Source: the human T2T-CHM13v2.0 reference genome, Homo sapiens. Taken from it: a stretch of 64,000 nucleotides of DNA. The notes under the pieces are model-generated. The model saw only the letters and a list, made by a program, of their open reading frames with translations. It did not search any database and was not told the origin of the DNA. Made by a program: the position numbers and the translations under genes. Where the stretch lies: NCBI RefSeq assembly GCF_009914755.1, contig NC_060937.1; one strand, written 5' to 3'. Of this stretch, positions 13,951 through 26,770 are shown in pieces (positions within the stretch are counted from its first letter, which is position 1; the number at the start of each line of letters is the position of its first letter).

Positions 13951-16124
13951 TATTAATATAAGGCTTTGTATTAATATTATAAGAAATACATCCTCACATG
14001 TATATTTGCTTGTTAGTACTGGAGTAAAACAAATTTCAACTTTTTTTTTTTTTTTTCCTCTTCACTGTCTTCCAGACACAGGCATAGCTTCTCTGAGCAC
14101 AAATGTGGGGAATGGCCAATATAGTGAATTTTCTCCCACTGGCCTTGTATGATCTGAGAGCTGGCAGTGGACAAGCTAATGGGAGACCCAGTAACTAGCA
14201 GCACAGCAAATCTAAGGAGCTCTCTTAAAATAATCCATCTCACAGGAATGAACAGATTGCCTCATTTTAAAAGACATTTGAAACACTGTGGGTTTGAAGG
14301 GGCTGCAGTGCTATTGAAGAACATTTTCATTTCAAAAGCAGGGCTTTATACGTCTCAATTTCAATCTGTGTTATCTTAAACTTGGTTTCACACTAAAATG
14401 ACTAAGAGCTATTTCATTGTGAATGGAAATGCAAGATTAAGAAAGAAGGATAAAAACCAGCATCCTTGTGGTTTTCCTCTAAAAGTGCAAATGTAATCTT
14501 TTAGAAAACGAAACAAAATAGCAGGTGTGTAGCACTTAGGAGAAAACCACATGGGTAAAGTCACACTCATGTAAAAAATAAATTATGGTAATGGGCCTCT
14601 TAATAGCACCTGATAACCAGATGTGTAGAAAACCAAGCCAAACCTTGCCATAAATGCTTTAAGAAAAGATGTCAATCAACATATCAGTATCCATTATCAT
14701 GACAAGTAGCACTTTTAAATAAACCAAGGGCTAAGAGCTGGTTAAGTATAAGAGAAGATAAACCTATTCATAAGAAATAACTAAAAGCAAGGAGTTTCAA
14801 GAGAGAAAATTTAGTCCTGGGATTGATATTAAGTGATAGAATTTAAATAGCTAGGAAATATGTGGAAGGAAAACCAAGCTCTGAGAGAAAGTGGTTTCTG
14901 GCAAATTGTTTTCTATGACATTATTTGTCCTTTGTGGTTTGTAGTTAAAATACCTTATGCTTACTATGCTCCGAATTTTCATTATTCTGTAAAAATAAGA
15001 TGAAGTAAAACACATTGGTTGGAAATTGTAGAATGACTATAAAATAGTGTCTACCAGTGTTGAATGACAGTTTTTTTTTATTTTAGAGTGAGTTTATACA
15101 ATGAGGATGAGACAAATTTAATAAAAAGGATGTATAGTATTTCTTCTATAGCTAACAATATCAAAGTTAATCTTCTGCCCTTTATTTTTCTGCCCTATTT
15201 TCCATAAAAGAGTGGAAATGTCAAAATAGGGATGTTCAGTCTGTCACATTAGCTTGAGAGTTATAAAAAAGAAAGTAATTAAACTGTGCTTTCTGGGCAT
15301 GGCCACCTTCTATGAAAAACAGGACCTTCAGACTCTAAAATCCTGCTGGACTGGGAAGCTGTGTGCTACCGGTGAGATCCTACCTCCTTGGATTCCCAGT
15401 ATCCAAATGATCAATTCATTGTGTTGTGGCCTTTGTGTTGTGTGTTTTCCAGGTGTCAACCCAGGTAGGCTTGGAGCCTTCTGCGCAGGACAGGGCTCCC
15501 ATCCTGTCCTTGAAGAGAGTGAGAGATGCCCTCCCTCTCTTCTCCACTGTGCAGTCTAGCAGTTTGGCTGAAAGATTTTAAAAATCCCTCCTTCTACCTC
15601 TTTTCCCAAGGCCCCAGGCCAAAATGCTTGGGAGAAAGACTTAGAAAGGACAATCAGAACAGCCAACTGTAAACAGCTGATTCATTTTTTAATGCAAATG
15701 TGCTCTTTCCCCTGGGAATTCTAGACTACTCTTTGGAGGAGTTAGTATACTTTGACTTTCTTCACTTAGAGCATGGGGTTCCCTGGCCAAGAACAGCCTG
15801 TATTTTTAGGAAGTGCATTGCTGTCCTCATTGTGGGATCCTTTTCTCCTTTGTTTTACCTCACATTAATAATAGTTTTCTAATACTCAAGTACAGTCAGT
15901 TCTGCTATAATGCTTGTTTAGAAAGCATGATTTTTTTTTGTTCCATCATGATTGATACATGAGGAGGAAATTTGAGCGTAATAAGAAGTTTGAGTTTGCT
16001 TATGCACAATTTCATTTGCTACAAACGCTATGGCAATAATGCAGAAAACTGCACCTAGCTGAATAGCATCCTGTAAGGAAACACAAAATACACACACGTG
16101 CATACATACACACACATCCTAAAG

Positions 16125-16303
16125 CAGGGCCAGCTACATGACTTGCCTGACTCAATACAAAATATTAAATATGAGACGTCTTGTTTCAGAATTATTAAGG
16201 ATTTCAAGACGGCCACAGCAGAACGTTAAACCAAGTTTGGTGTCCTCCTAAGCATGGGGCCATGTGTTCCTGCACAAGGTGCACATCCATGGAGCCAGCT
16301 CTC
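16125..16303 (-). mobile_element. MER45A hAT-Tip100 MITE inside Tigger13a
   Basis: cagggccagctacat...attattaaggatttcaagacggc...ccatggagccagctc; degenerate TSD cctaaag/cctcaaac. Confidence 0.85.
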
Positions 16304-16445
16304 CCTCAAACATCTTCCAGATTCCTCAGTTTGCTGCTTATGTTATGAGCCACACCCCATCTATTCCTTGAGATGTTACAATTTTTCTGCCAATTTTGGA
16401 TAACCCTTGTATTAGTCCATTCTTGCACTGCTATAAAAAATTCCT

Positions 16446-16796
<351 letters not shown>

Positions 16797-16930
16797 TCAC
16801 AAGCTGCACAGGAAACGTGACTGGGGAGGCCTCAGGAAACTTACAATCATGGTAGAAGGCAAAGGGGGAAGCGGGCATGTCTTACATGGCTGGATCAGGA
16901 TGAAGAGAGAGAGAGGGAAGTGCTACACAC

Positions 16931-17306
16931 TTTTTTTATTATTATTATACTTTAAGTTCTGGGGTACATGTGCAGAACATGCAGTTTTGTTACATAGGTA
17001 TACACATGCCATGGTAGTTTGCCGCACCCATCAACCCATTACCTACATTAGGTATTTCTCCTAATGCTAACCCTCCCCTAGCCCCCACCCCCCAATAGGC
17101 CCTGGTGTGTGATGTTCCCCTCCCTGTGTCCATGTGTTCTCATTGTTCAGCTCCCACTTATGAGTGAGAACATGTGGTGTTTGGTTTTCTGTTCTTGTGT
17201 TAGTTTGCTGAGAATGATGGTTTCCAGCTTCATCCATGTCCCTGCAAAGGACATGAACTCATCCTTTTTTATGGCTGCGTAATATTTCATGGTGTATATG
17301 TGCCAC
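16931..17306 (-). mobile_element. L1PA6/7-like 3' end inside MSTA
   Basis: ttattatactttaagttctggggtacatgtgcag...attaggtatttctcctaatgct...catccatgtccctgcaaaggacatgaactc. Confidence 0.9.
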
Positions 17307-19835
17307 CACTAACCTCACTATCATGAGGACAGCTCCTAGGGAGATGTTGTTAAACCATGAGAAACTGCCCCCATGATCCAGTCACCTCCAATACCAGAGA
17401 TTACAATTAAACGTGAGATTTAGGTCGGGTCACAGATCCAAAACTTATCAACCCTCCTTCCACTGCTGCTTCACAGTAATTCACAAGCTACATCCCTTCT
17501 GATGACCACTTCTATAAGTACGCTTCAGATCTTTTCAGAAGTGCCACATTTATTGTATTACTTATGCATTTATTAACCATTTCCTATGTGGAAATTAAGC
17601 TGCTGTTATTAGGTTTCTATTATTTTCTCTGTTACTGATAAAAATTTTTACAGTGCTGTGCATCTAGCTCCAATTTTCCCATAAGCTCTATGGTTTTTAT
17701 CGTGAAATCCCACTTAGCGTGGTGTCTTTTGTTTTATTTTGTTTTTTCAGAATGCATATTTAATGTTATAGTATAAGTGACTATCATTATGAAGAAAAGA
17801 CATACTTTTATTAGATATCTCTCAACACATAAATTTCATACTTAACTGAACAGTTGTAGTAGGGATCATTTTAAGAGTTCAAAATTCTAGGGAGAACTAA
17901 GGTTTTAATGTTGTTATCTACATTGAGGTTACCTCAAATAACCTGCTTCCAGCCCATCAGACTGTTCTTAAGCACCAAAGAAGTCTTGCTCCATAGAGCT
18001 GGATTAGAATTTCAGCAAGGAATTTTAGATTATTTTAAGAAAACTTAGAAAATCAAGGGATTAAGTTAGTTGATTGCATGATTGTATCAAAGAAAATGGA
18101 AGTGCCTTTCATCAATTTATTAGTTGTCTGTTCCTCAGAGCCTCAGCTTGCAGACAGTCCATTCTCTCCAGATGCATTCTGTGTGGTGGCTTTCCAGGTT
18201 CAGTTCCATCCCTGAGGGCAATGGCACTTGCAATTCAAATTCAGGGAGGAGAGACTCTGATTCCTCCTTTGTAATGCAGGCACAACTAATGAACTCATTA
18301 CAGCTGGCCCATATGTGCATTGCCTATTCCTTGGTAAAGTGGGCAGGGAGACTGTAGTCTGCCAACATGCACCCTTTCGAAGGGGCTATCAGTGAAGAGG
18401 TTTCACTTGTAGCTGTGTAAGTATTTCTACAGTGATGGAGGGTCTGGGGTCAGTGCTGAGTCTTCCCAGTTCACTGAGATTGGGTTGTACAATTGGGACC
18501 AGCTGTAGTTAGTCCATTGGTTGTACTTGCATGACACTGGAGTTTATGTAAATAGCTAAGTGAAGTATTATGGCCAGTGACTCCACTTGGATTCTTAGCA
18601 CTATTGAATTTTGTCTCCATGCCTTCCCCAGGACCATGATGAAGAAGTGTCGGATTTTGGATTAATATATTTAAATAAGATGTTTTGTAGAAATATTTTA
18701 AATATATCATTTAAATGAAGCCCATGTTTTAGAAGTAAAAATATTCAAAATATCCAAAGCAGTTTTTACTAAAAAGTATGGAAACAAAGATTAGTTTTTT
18801 AAATACCAAAAATTGGAGTATTCTATTGGCACAATTACAAGAAAGAAGCAGAGACAGAAAGACTAAATAAGTTAGACCCAATTTTGAAATGTTTTCCCTT
18901 CTTCTTAAAGGAGAAAAATTCACTGGACTTAACATGAGATGTAAAACTGTACTTCTAGCCAGAAAAAAAAAAAACAAAAAAAACTGACTTTTAAAAGTCA
19001 TTAGTATTTATCACCAAGAATCCATTTACTTCAAATGACTTTTTAAGGCCAGTTAGACAGTCTCTGAGCTCTGCTTAGCAGAGTTAAAGCCTTCAGGAAA
19101 AGGTTAAACACACAGTCTGTTTAAGTAGATACTAAGTCTGGTAAATATATTGAAAATTGGAACTATATTGCTTGCTATACTTGGACATTTTGAGATGTCC
19201 TATACCATCTGAAATTCTTATTTCTCTTTTTGTGGCCTGTTATATCTAGTAGAAAAATACATATGCATACATTTTTGAATGATTATACTTATTATACTTG
19301 TAAACAACACCATTATTAGAAAACGGCAATAAACTAGTGCATCTTTTTTATTCAGAGGATACTCAGACAATGCCTAGGTTCGAGCCATTGAAATAATTTT
19401 CAGTGAGATCTATTTTTTAAAAATCTTTATGATTCACAATTAGGTCATACAGTTGATCCAATTCAGTTAATAGAAAGTTAGAAAAGATTAAAATAACTTA
19501 AAACATTACATACTCTCTTAGACTTACAGCCAATTGTCCTGACATTAGGTTAAGATATAACAAAACATGTTTTATATCTATGTCCAAAGACCCCAACTGA
19601 TAAGATTCAGTAAGTTCTGCTACTTCAATATAACAATTCATGATACTGCTCTGCTGAATAATGCATTTATAGAATAGCTGTGCTCTTATGTCTATGGAAA
19701 TAAAACAATAAACCACAAATTCACAGCATTCCTTTTTTTCTTTCTTGACAAGAGTAGAGATTGCAACTTTATCTCTGCAATATCTTCCTTCTGTTACATT
19801 TGGTAATATGAAATCTGAAGCATAATTATCTTCCA

Positions 19836-20025
19836 CTGTGACTTTTAGGTATTTTTCTTAAATGCTGTAAGCCTCAGCTTTTTAATCTACAGAAATGTCA
19901 ATGATAATTGTACCTAATCTCAAGGGTAATTGTGAGAAGTAAATCAAGTGATGGATGTAAAGCACACAACATTAGGTTTGGCCACAGGCAGCACAGAAAA
20001 AAAGTTAGGTGTTACTATCATTACT
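19836..20025 (+). mobile_element. MIR SINE
   Basis: aagcctcagctttttaatctacagaaatg...tacctaatctcaagggtaattgtgag...tgtaaagcac. Confidence 0.7.
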
Positions 20026-20738
20026 ATATGTCCAGAACTTACTGGGTTCTTTTGAGTGATTGGATTGGCCATTAGCCTAATTGACTGTGCATATGACATA
20101 AGCTTAATTACTCAAGAGACTTAGTATTAGGCATATCTTCTCAGTTCAATAATTCTCAACAGATCCTAACATGGAAACCAACTTTCATGGAGTCAGCGTT
20201 ATATAGAGGGTGAGGCAAGCTGTGGGTGAAGACTGCAGTGCTGCTCGCTAGTTCTAGCCTTGTCCAACTTCTACGGACACTTCTGAAACTTCTCTAGTTT
20301 CTTCATCTGAATAATGAGCTAGGGTTCACATTTCAGACATATCTTAATTCCTTTCATGGAGGACATTGCCAAGCATACAGTAGGTATTTAATAAATGTTT
20401 GCTGACTGAATAGTCACACCCTACTGGCAATGAAGTAACTTCCAGCTGTGAAAATTAGTTTTTCTTCCTGGAAAAATAGTGTAGGAGTTCTTCAGGAGCC
20501 AATCCTTCTTGGTACACTTAAGGAACATCCATTTATTTGGTATTAAAAATTGACGCTTTTTGGTTTTGTCCATATAATTAGAAAGAGTATTTTCTATAAC
20601 TAGTCATGGATAATCTATAGCAGCAACTAAAATAAATGTATTATAATAAATAAAATACAGTATACTTTTATTTTAAGAATTTTTGATAAAATTATATACT
20701 TTCTTTTAGCATAAATGCCTTCTGAGTTTCTCACCTTC

Positions 20739-21467
20739 TGTTATGGGCTGAGTTGTGTGTTCCCCCAAAATATTCACATGTCAAAGTCCTAACAACCCCC
20801 CCATATCTCAGAGTGTGACTGTATTTGAAGATAGGCCCTTTAAAGAAGTGATTAAATTAAAATTAGGTCATTAGAGTGGGCCCTAATCCAATCTGACTAG
20901 TGTCCTCATGAGAAAAGAAAATGAGGATACTGCACACATACAGTAGTCCCATGTGAAGTTACACGGAGAGGTGGCTGTGTTGTAGGATTCTTAGTTCAGG
21001 TAAGACAGGGGTCCTTGCACATGGTCATGAAAAATTAGGCTCGCAGACAATTTGAAGGGTAAGGAGGGGAGGGTTTACTGGGTGAAAAGGAAAAAAGTGA
21101 AACAGGGACTCTCCACAAGGACAGTCCCTACACATGTGCTTTCCACCTTGTGGATTGAATCCCAGGTACAACCCAGGAAAAGGAGGAGCCAGGCTCCTCC
21201 CTGCTGCAAATGGCATGAACTTCTGTGGCTCTACCCCAGTGCACACTCCTCCCAGTGCAGGTCGGTTGGAGTTTCTCTGGGGACCTCTTTACACTTGGCT
21301 GTCTCAGCAGTCTACATGTCAAGGAGAGAGACCTCAGGAGAAACTAATCCTGTAGACATGTTGACTTTCGACTTCCAGCCTCCAGAACCACAAGAAATAC
21401 ATTTTTGTTGTTTAAGCCACTGACTCTGTGATACTACTTTTTATAGCAGCCCTAACAAACTAATATA
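20739..21467 (+). mobile_element. MLT1B-like MaLR solo LTR, interrupted by MER61
   Basis: tgttatgggctgag...gtgggccctaatccaatctgact...gacttccagcctccagaac...gcagccctaacaaactaata. Confidence 0.9.
20978..21306 (-). mobile_element. MER61(A/B)-like ERV1 solo LTR
   Basis: minus strand reads tgagacagcc...agaaactccaacc...gagcctaattttt...ctgaactaag...cctacaaca (TG...CA); 4-bp TSD gctg/gcag. Confidence 0.85.
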
Positions 21468-22251
21468 TGTCTCATCTGAACATTAGTCCAGATCCAATAT
21501 TTTCTAAAAAGTTTTACCTGATAACGCTGGTCTGTCAGGTCCCTACAGTTGCCTTTTGTTTGTATTTCATTCTATATTTTCCATGAATTTTCTCTCTTCA
21601 AACAGGTCACCAGTCCCAAAGGGACATGTCATGCCTTGCCTGTATCTGTAGTTATATACCACTGTATGTGTTCCCCATGGCATCTAGCATACTTCCTCAA
21701 ACTCAGAAGTTAGTTGATGTTTGATAAATGCTGTCATTGATTTTATGTACTCATATATAGATGTGGATTAAAGATAGAACGAATTTTTAGTTTTATGGAA
21801 TGATTCAATTTAGTATGTGCCTTCTGGGATTTTCTTGGGTAAACATCATCAGCAAGCTTGTTTCTCTATCATGTTATACCTCCTTGGCAGAGCTCTGCTG
21901 TGGATGATTGTTGTTGAAGTGAAAGGAGGGAAAGGGATAAGATTCTGAAATGTGATTTGGGTCCTTTTGAAAACTGACATAGCATTTCAGATTCCAAAGT
22001 ACTTGTGTTGTCCACCTTCATGAAAAGTTGAGACTAAAAGAAAGAAGGTATTATAAAGTTTAAAACATTGGATTGCCTCAAATCCAATCTAGAGATGTCA
22101 ACTTAGAAACTTACCATGTCTTGGAAAATCTTTTATCCATGGCTAAGTTTTAACAATGGGACCACTTGATATCATTGGTGCTGACAGTGGGTATGTGAGA
22201 GTTGCTGTGTCTTTAACTATTAACGGTAATGAAATAAGAGGTAAAGAAGTA

Positions 22252-22575
22252 GGCCAGGCACAGTGGCTCAAGCCACTTTAATCCCAGCACTTTGGGAAGC
22301 TCAGGCAGGTGGATCGCTTGAGCCCAGGAGTTTGAGATGAGGCTGAGCAACATGGCGAAATTCATCTCTACAAAAAATACAAAAATTAGCCCAGCATGGT
22401 GGTGTGTACCTGTAGTCCCAACTCCTCAGGAGGCTGAGGTGGGAGGATCACCTGAGCCTGGGTATGTTGAGACCACTGCACTCCAGCCTGGGTGACAGAG
22501 CCAAACCATGTCTCAAATATATGTATATGTGTGTATATATATGTATATATATATATATATATAATAAAATAAAAA
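22252..22575 (+). mobile_element. AluJ with (TA)n tail
   Basis: gatcgcttgagcccaggagtttgaga; short deletion in the right arm; tail is a TA/TG microsatellite at 22518-22563. Confidence 0.9.
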
Positions 22576-23289
22576 CTGTTTTCCAAATGGCCACATTTTC
22601 TATTTGTGCATATATGCACATATATGTAAATTATGTACAACGATAGACACAAAACCACTACACCCTTCCACTGCCACCAATATGTCTTTACCTCCCTCAC
22701 AGGTATGGATCCTTTTCCAAAACGCATGTCAAATTAGTCTTGGCTAAATGCAAAATCATTTACATATTTAAGCAGCCAAACCTCAAAGGGCTATTTATAA
22801 AAATAAACATTAGCACTGAAAATATTTAGTTCTGAGTTTAGATCAGTCAGAAAACAAAAATATAATAAGCCCATCAGGTCATATCAAGTAGGGACACATT
22901 TTCTGGATTCAATACAAATTTTGTTGACAATTTTCAATGAGTTTGATTTTTCAAAACAGATGGCTGCCAATTTATTTTCCTTTTCCAATTTATAATTTGG
23001 CAAGTCCCTTTTCTTATGCATTTGTTGAATTCTGCATTTAATGTGTTCTCATGGGTCATACTTGTGAGAAACTGATTACTCAGTAAATTTACATGGGGAA
23101 GTAAATAAGAATGTGACTTCAAGGTAACTGAGTTTTATAGAAGAAAGACAGTCTTTTTAGGTTCAGAATCATGGGACACTGACTATTGTAAAATTCTCAT
23201 CTTTCCTTGTCCCAAATTTTAGAACTTTTCTGGATAGCTCTTTTGCCAGTGAAGAGGCAAGATAGTTCCCAGCTTTAATAAATAACTGC

Positions 23290-23564
23290 GGCCAGGCGCA
23301 GTGGCTCACGCTTGTAATCACAGCACTTTGGGAGGCCGAGGCAGGTGGATCACTTGAGGTCAGGAGTTTAAGACTAGCCTGGCCAACATGGTGAAAACCC
23401 GTCTCTACTAAAAATACAAAAATTAGCTGGGTGTGGTGGTAGCTGGGACTACTCTGGAGGCTGAGGCAGGAGAATCACTTGAACCCAGCAGGCGGAGGTT
23501 GCCATGAGCCGAGATGGCGCCACTGTACTCCAGCCTGGGTGACAGAGTGAGACTCTGTCTCAAA

Positions 23565-23599
<35 letters not shown>
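23290..23599 (+). mobile_element. AluS (Sz/Sx-like) with (TAAA)n tail
   Basis: full dimer; probable TSD aataaataac; internal micro-rearrangement at 23439-23452. Confidence 0.95.
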
Positions 23600-24374
23600 C
23601 CAAAGTTTTTGCCACAAAACTAAATTTAAAAATAGATAAAGCAAGAATAGAAGGAAAGGGCAGAGACTAGGAAGTGAAAGAATAGAAAGTCGGATTATGA
23701 TTTCCATTCCTTTGAGGATTTTAAATTCTTGTTTTGAAATTTTTGCAGGAGCTGCCACTGCTAATTTCTATAGTATTAGAAAGGAATTGCATCCCAGGAA
23801 GTCTCTAATCAGGAGTTAGGACCTTACAGTTGAAAGACCCCATAATTTCAATATAGTAAACATATGTTTCCCACTGCTTTCTCTAGATATCAAAGAGTAG
23901 TTTTTAAGTGAAGATGAAAGTTACTATTTGTTCATGATAACTTTAACATACTACTGGGTATACTTTTGAATGTACTGATGCAGTGAACATATACTTTACC
24001 CCAGCTTCCCTCAATCCCATTCGAAGAGGATATGAAAACTGCTGTCCTGTTTTAATTTTTAAATTAATAAGTGTGATCTTAAATGTGCACTTTATGTTTT
24101 CAGGTCAGAGAGATTTTAGAATATGAAATATATTTTGATATGTTTGTTACTTAGTTTTGGCTTCCAAAAACCTCAGGATGTCAAAGTAACCTTGTTCCAG
24201 AACAGACATTAGTGACGCCTTATGCATTCGACCACCTCCTGCCTGTCCTCAACTGAAGACCTAGTCTAGTCTGGTGAGCAAAACTAACCATTTAAAATTT
24301 AGAAATGGCCAAGGGTCCCAGTGAAAGGTGCCAGGTTAGGTTTTTACTGTAATCACTTAGAACCATAAATAAAG

Positions 24375-24857
24375 ATTGTGTTCATATGCAAGTTATAGAA
24401 AACCCTATTAAACGGTGGTTTAAACAAATTTGACTTTTTATTTTTCTTCTTTAACAAGAAGTCAGAATGTATCCAGTTCCAGACATATGTTTTGTGGTTC
24501 CGGGATGTTTGAGTGGCTGTGTTTGTAATTATCTTGATTTTTAATTCATGGCTACAATATGACTCCTATAACATTTGCCATCACATTTGAGTTTCTAGAA
24601 GCATGAAGGAGAGGGAAGACACAGTAGGAAAGGAAGGAAGAAGGACAAAGTAGTATCGGTATCAGGAAAGCAAAGGCTTTCCCCAGAATTTTTAGTGAAC
24701 TTTTACTTATGTCTCTTTGTGCAGAACAGTGTTATGTGGTCAGTCGCAGGCCAGCAAGTGTGAGGGTGTGAGTTTTTAACTTTTTATAGTAAAAGAAAGG
24801 TGAAAGAAAAATGAATAGGAACAACTTTGAGTAGGCAAAACTCTAGAATCCACCACA
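24375..24857 (-). mobile_element. old MaLR/ERVL LTR (MLT1J/K or LTR33-like)
   Basis: ggtggtttaaacaa...aacaagaagtc...catggctacaatatgactc...ttccccagaa...caccaca terminus. Confidence 0.6.
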
Positions 24858-26358
24858 AACCTATGTAGAGTTTGAACTACATGAATATAATGAAGCGTAG
24901 AGCTGAAGGGAAGCTGCTTAGATCACCACTAACTCAGTAAGAATTATCCCATAATCACTAATAAGTCCTATCCAAGGACAAACACCTATCTTTGTATATA
25001 TTTTAAAAACGTATTGGGTTTTCTCACAAATTTGATTCTAGATGAATTTGGCATAATACAGCTTTTTTTTTTTTACTTATCTATATCTAAAATTCCTTAT
25101 TGATCCAAACTTTCATACAAAACTGGAAGCCATTTAAAACTACCAATTTGTAGGAACAGTCTTATTTTATGAGAATTCATTATTGTGTATGTCTATAAGA
25201 CTCAGAAATTGAAGACCTTTTGTAACGTGGACACATTATACCCAGCACTGTCCCATGAAAGAGAGAAATTTGTCATGAAATATTGAGCCTCCAATCATTG
25301 CAAATATCCCAACACAACCTGAAGGCCAGTGTTGATATGGAAGAAATTCCTATTTAGAGTAGAAGATGGATGTCAGAAGTCTATTGCAAATAGTATAAAA
25401 AATAAAGAAAACCTACAAACATTATAATAATTGCAAGCAAAGATTTGGATCCATACCCAGAACAAAGACCTGAGTGGTTTTGGTTCTGTTGTGTGAGTTG
25501 TAGTTCAAATATTCGCCTTCTGTTCATTAAAGGCATACTCAGAGCAATGCTGGGAAATACAGCAATCTGTCTTGCATCAAAGCAATCCCACAGTGAGATC
25601 TGCCCAGCATATATTTTCCTGGCATGATGTGGTGAGATTCAGTCTAAGCACGTTACTTCAGTTTTGATATCACAGGGAAAGCACAGAACATATCTTTTCA
25701 TAGTACCACAGATTTTTGCTGCATCCTGTAAATGACACATGTTACCACTTTTTGGTGGATGAGCTCCAGGGCTAACAGAGCCTGCGGTTTGTAGTGTTCC
25801 TAGTGTGAGAAAGAGGTTGCCCTTTCTCCAGCGCTCTGTGCTCCCATTCCCCTACATTGACTAATCTAACTACTCAGTAATTCAAGGATTTCTTTCAAGG
25901 AGAGGACAAAACTCGGCTCCACATTGCATAATTCTAACACCCTTGAGAGAGAGAGAGCACACATACTGACATATTCCTAGGATAGAAAAAAATGGGCAAT
26001 GTTTTGAGGAAGTTAGTCTATGATGAGGGAGAGATTAGAAAGCTGGAAAAGTGTTGTAAAGGTTGTTTTACTTTAATAAATGCTGGAGTTTGTTTATAAG
26101 TTATAACAACAAGCTAATATAAGATTTTAATTAAGATAGTAGAGGTTATATAGCCAATGGTGTTGTGCTCAGACGTCATTGGAGTATTTAATCCACCGAT
26201 GGTCAAAGCATTGTTGGGATGAAATAAACAATAAATAATGGAAAACAAAACAATTGAAACCCCTGATTGAAATTCTGTTGTTGGAAATGCCTTTCAAGCT
26301 AGTTGTGGAATTTGCAAGAAAACTAGTATTTATAGTGACAGAATTAATCACAAGGAAC

Positions 26359-26770
26359 TGTCGTAGAATGCATGATCACATATCCCTGCCTGTTACCATG
26401 TGAGGGGCACTGTTTCTCTGGGAGCAATGTATTTCTACACTGCGTTGACATTGGACTTGTTTTGACCAAAGAAAAGTGAGATCAGAAATCTGCCATGTCC
26501 CACCAGCAGCTATAAGAGCCACTGCATATTTTCCCAGCTCTCTTGTTCTTTCTGTCTGCCACAAAATTGATATTTCACAAATAAGATCACCTTGTACATT
26601 CTGGGCCCCCAAAATAAGGAGACAGTGGAGGAGGGCAGAAAACATTAACTCAGGGCAGTCCACCAGAAATATCAGGGAGAGATAAATTATTACTGAGAAC
26701 ACATTTTTATTGTTTTAAGTCCCTGGGATTTTAGGGTTATTTGTTACTGCAGCAAAGCTGACTAAAATGC
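26359..26770 (+). mobile_element. MLT1I/J-like MaLR LTR
   Basis: gacttgttttgaccaaagaaaagtgag; 3' end ttgttttaagtccctgggattttagggttatttgttactgcagcaaagctgactaa. Confidence 0.7.

Noticed and set aside
18630-18720. C/D snoRNA suggested by ATGATGA
   Set aside because: No CTGA D box or terminal stem at a suitable distance
21110-21150. p53 response element in the MER61 LTR
   Set aside because: Some MER61 subfamilies carry p53 sites, but this copy shows only one poor half-site (acacatgtgc) and no paired RRRCWWGYYY
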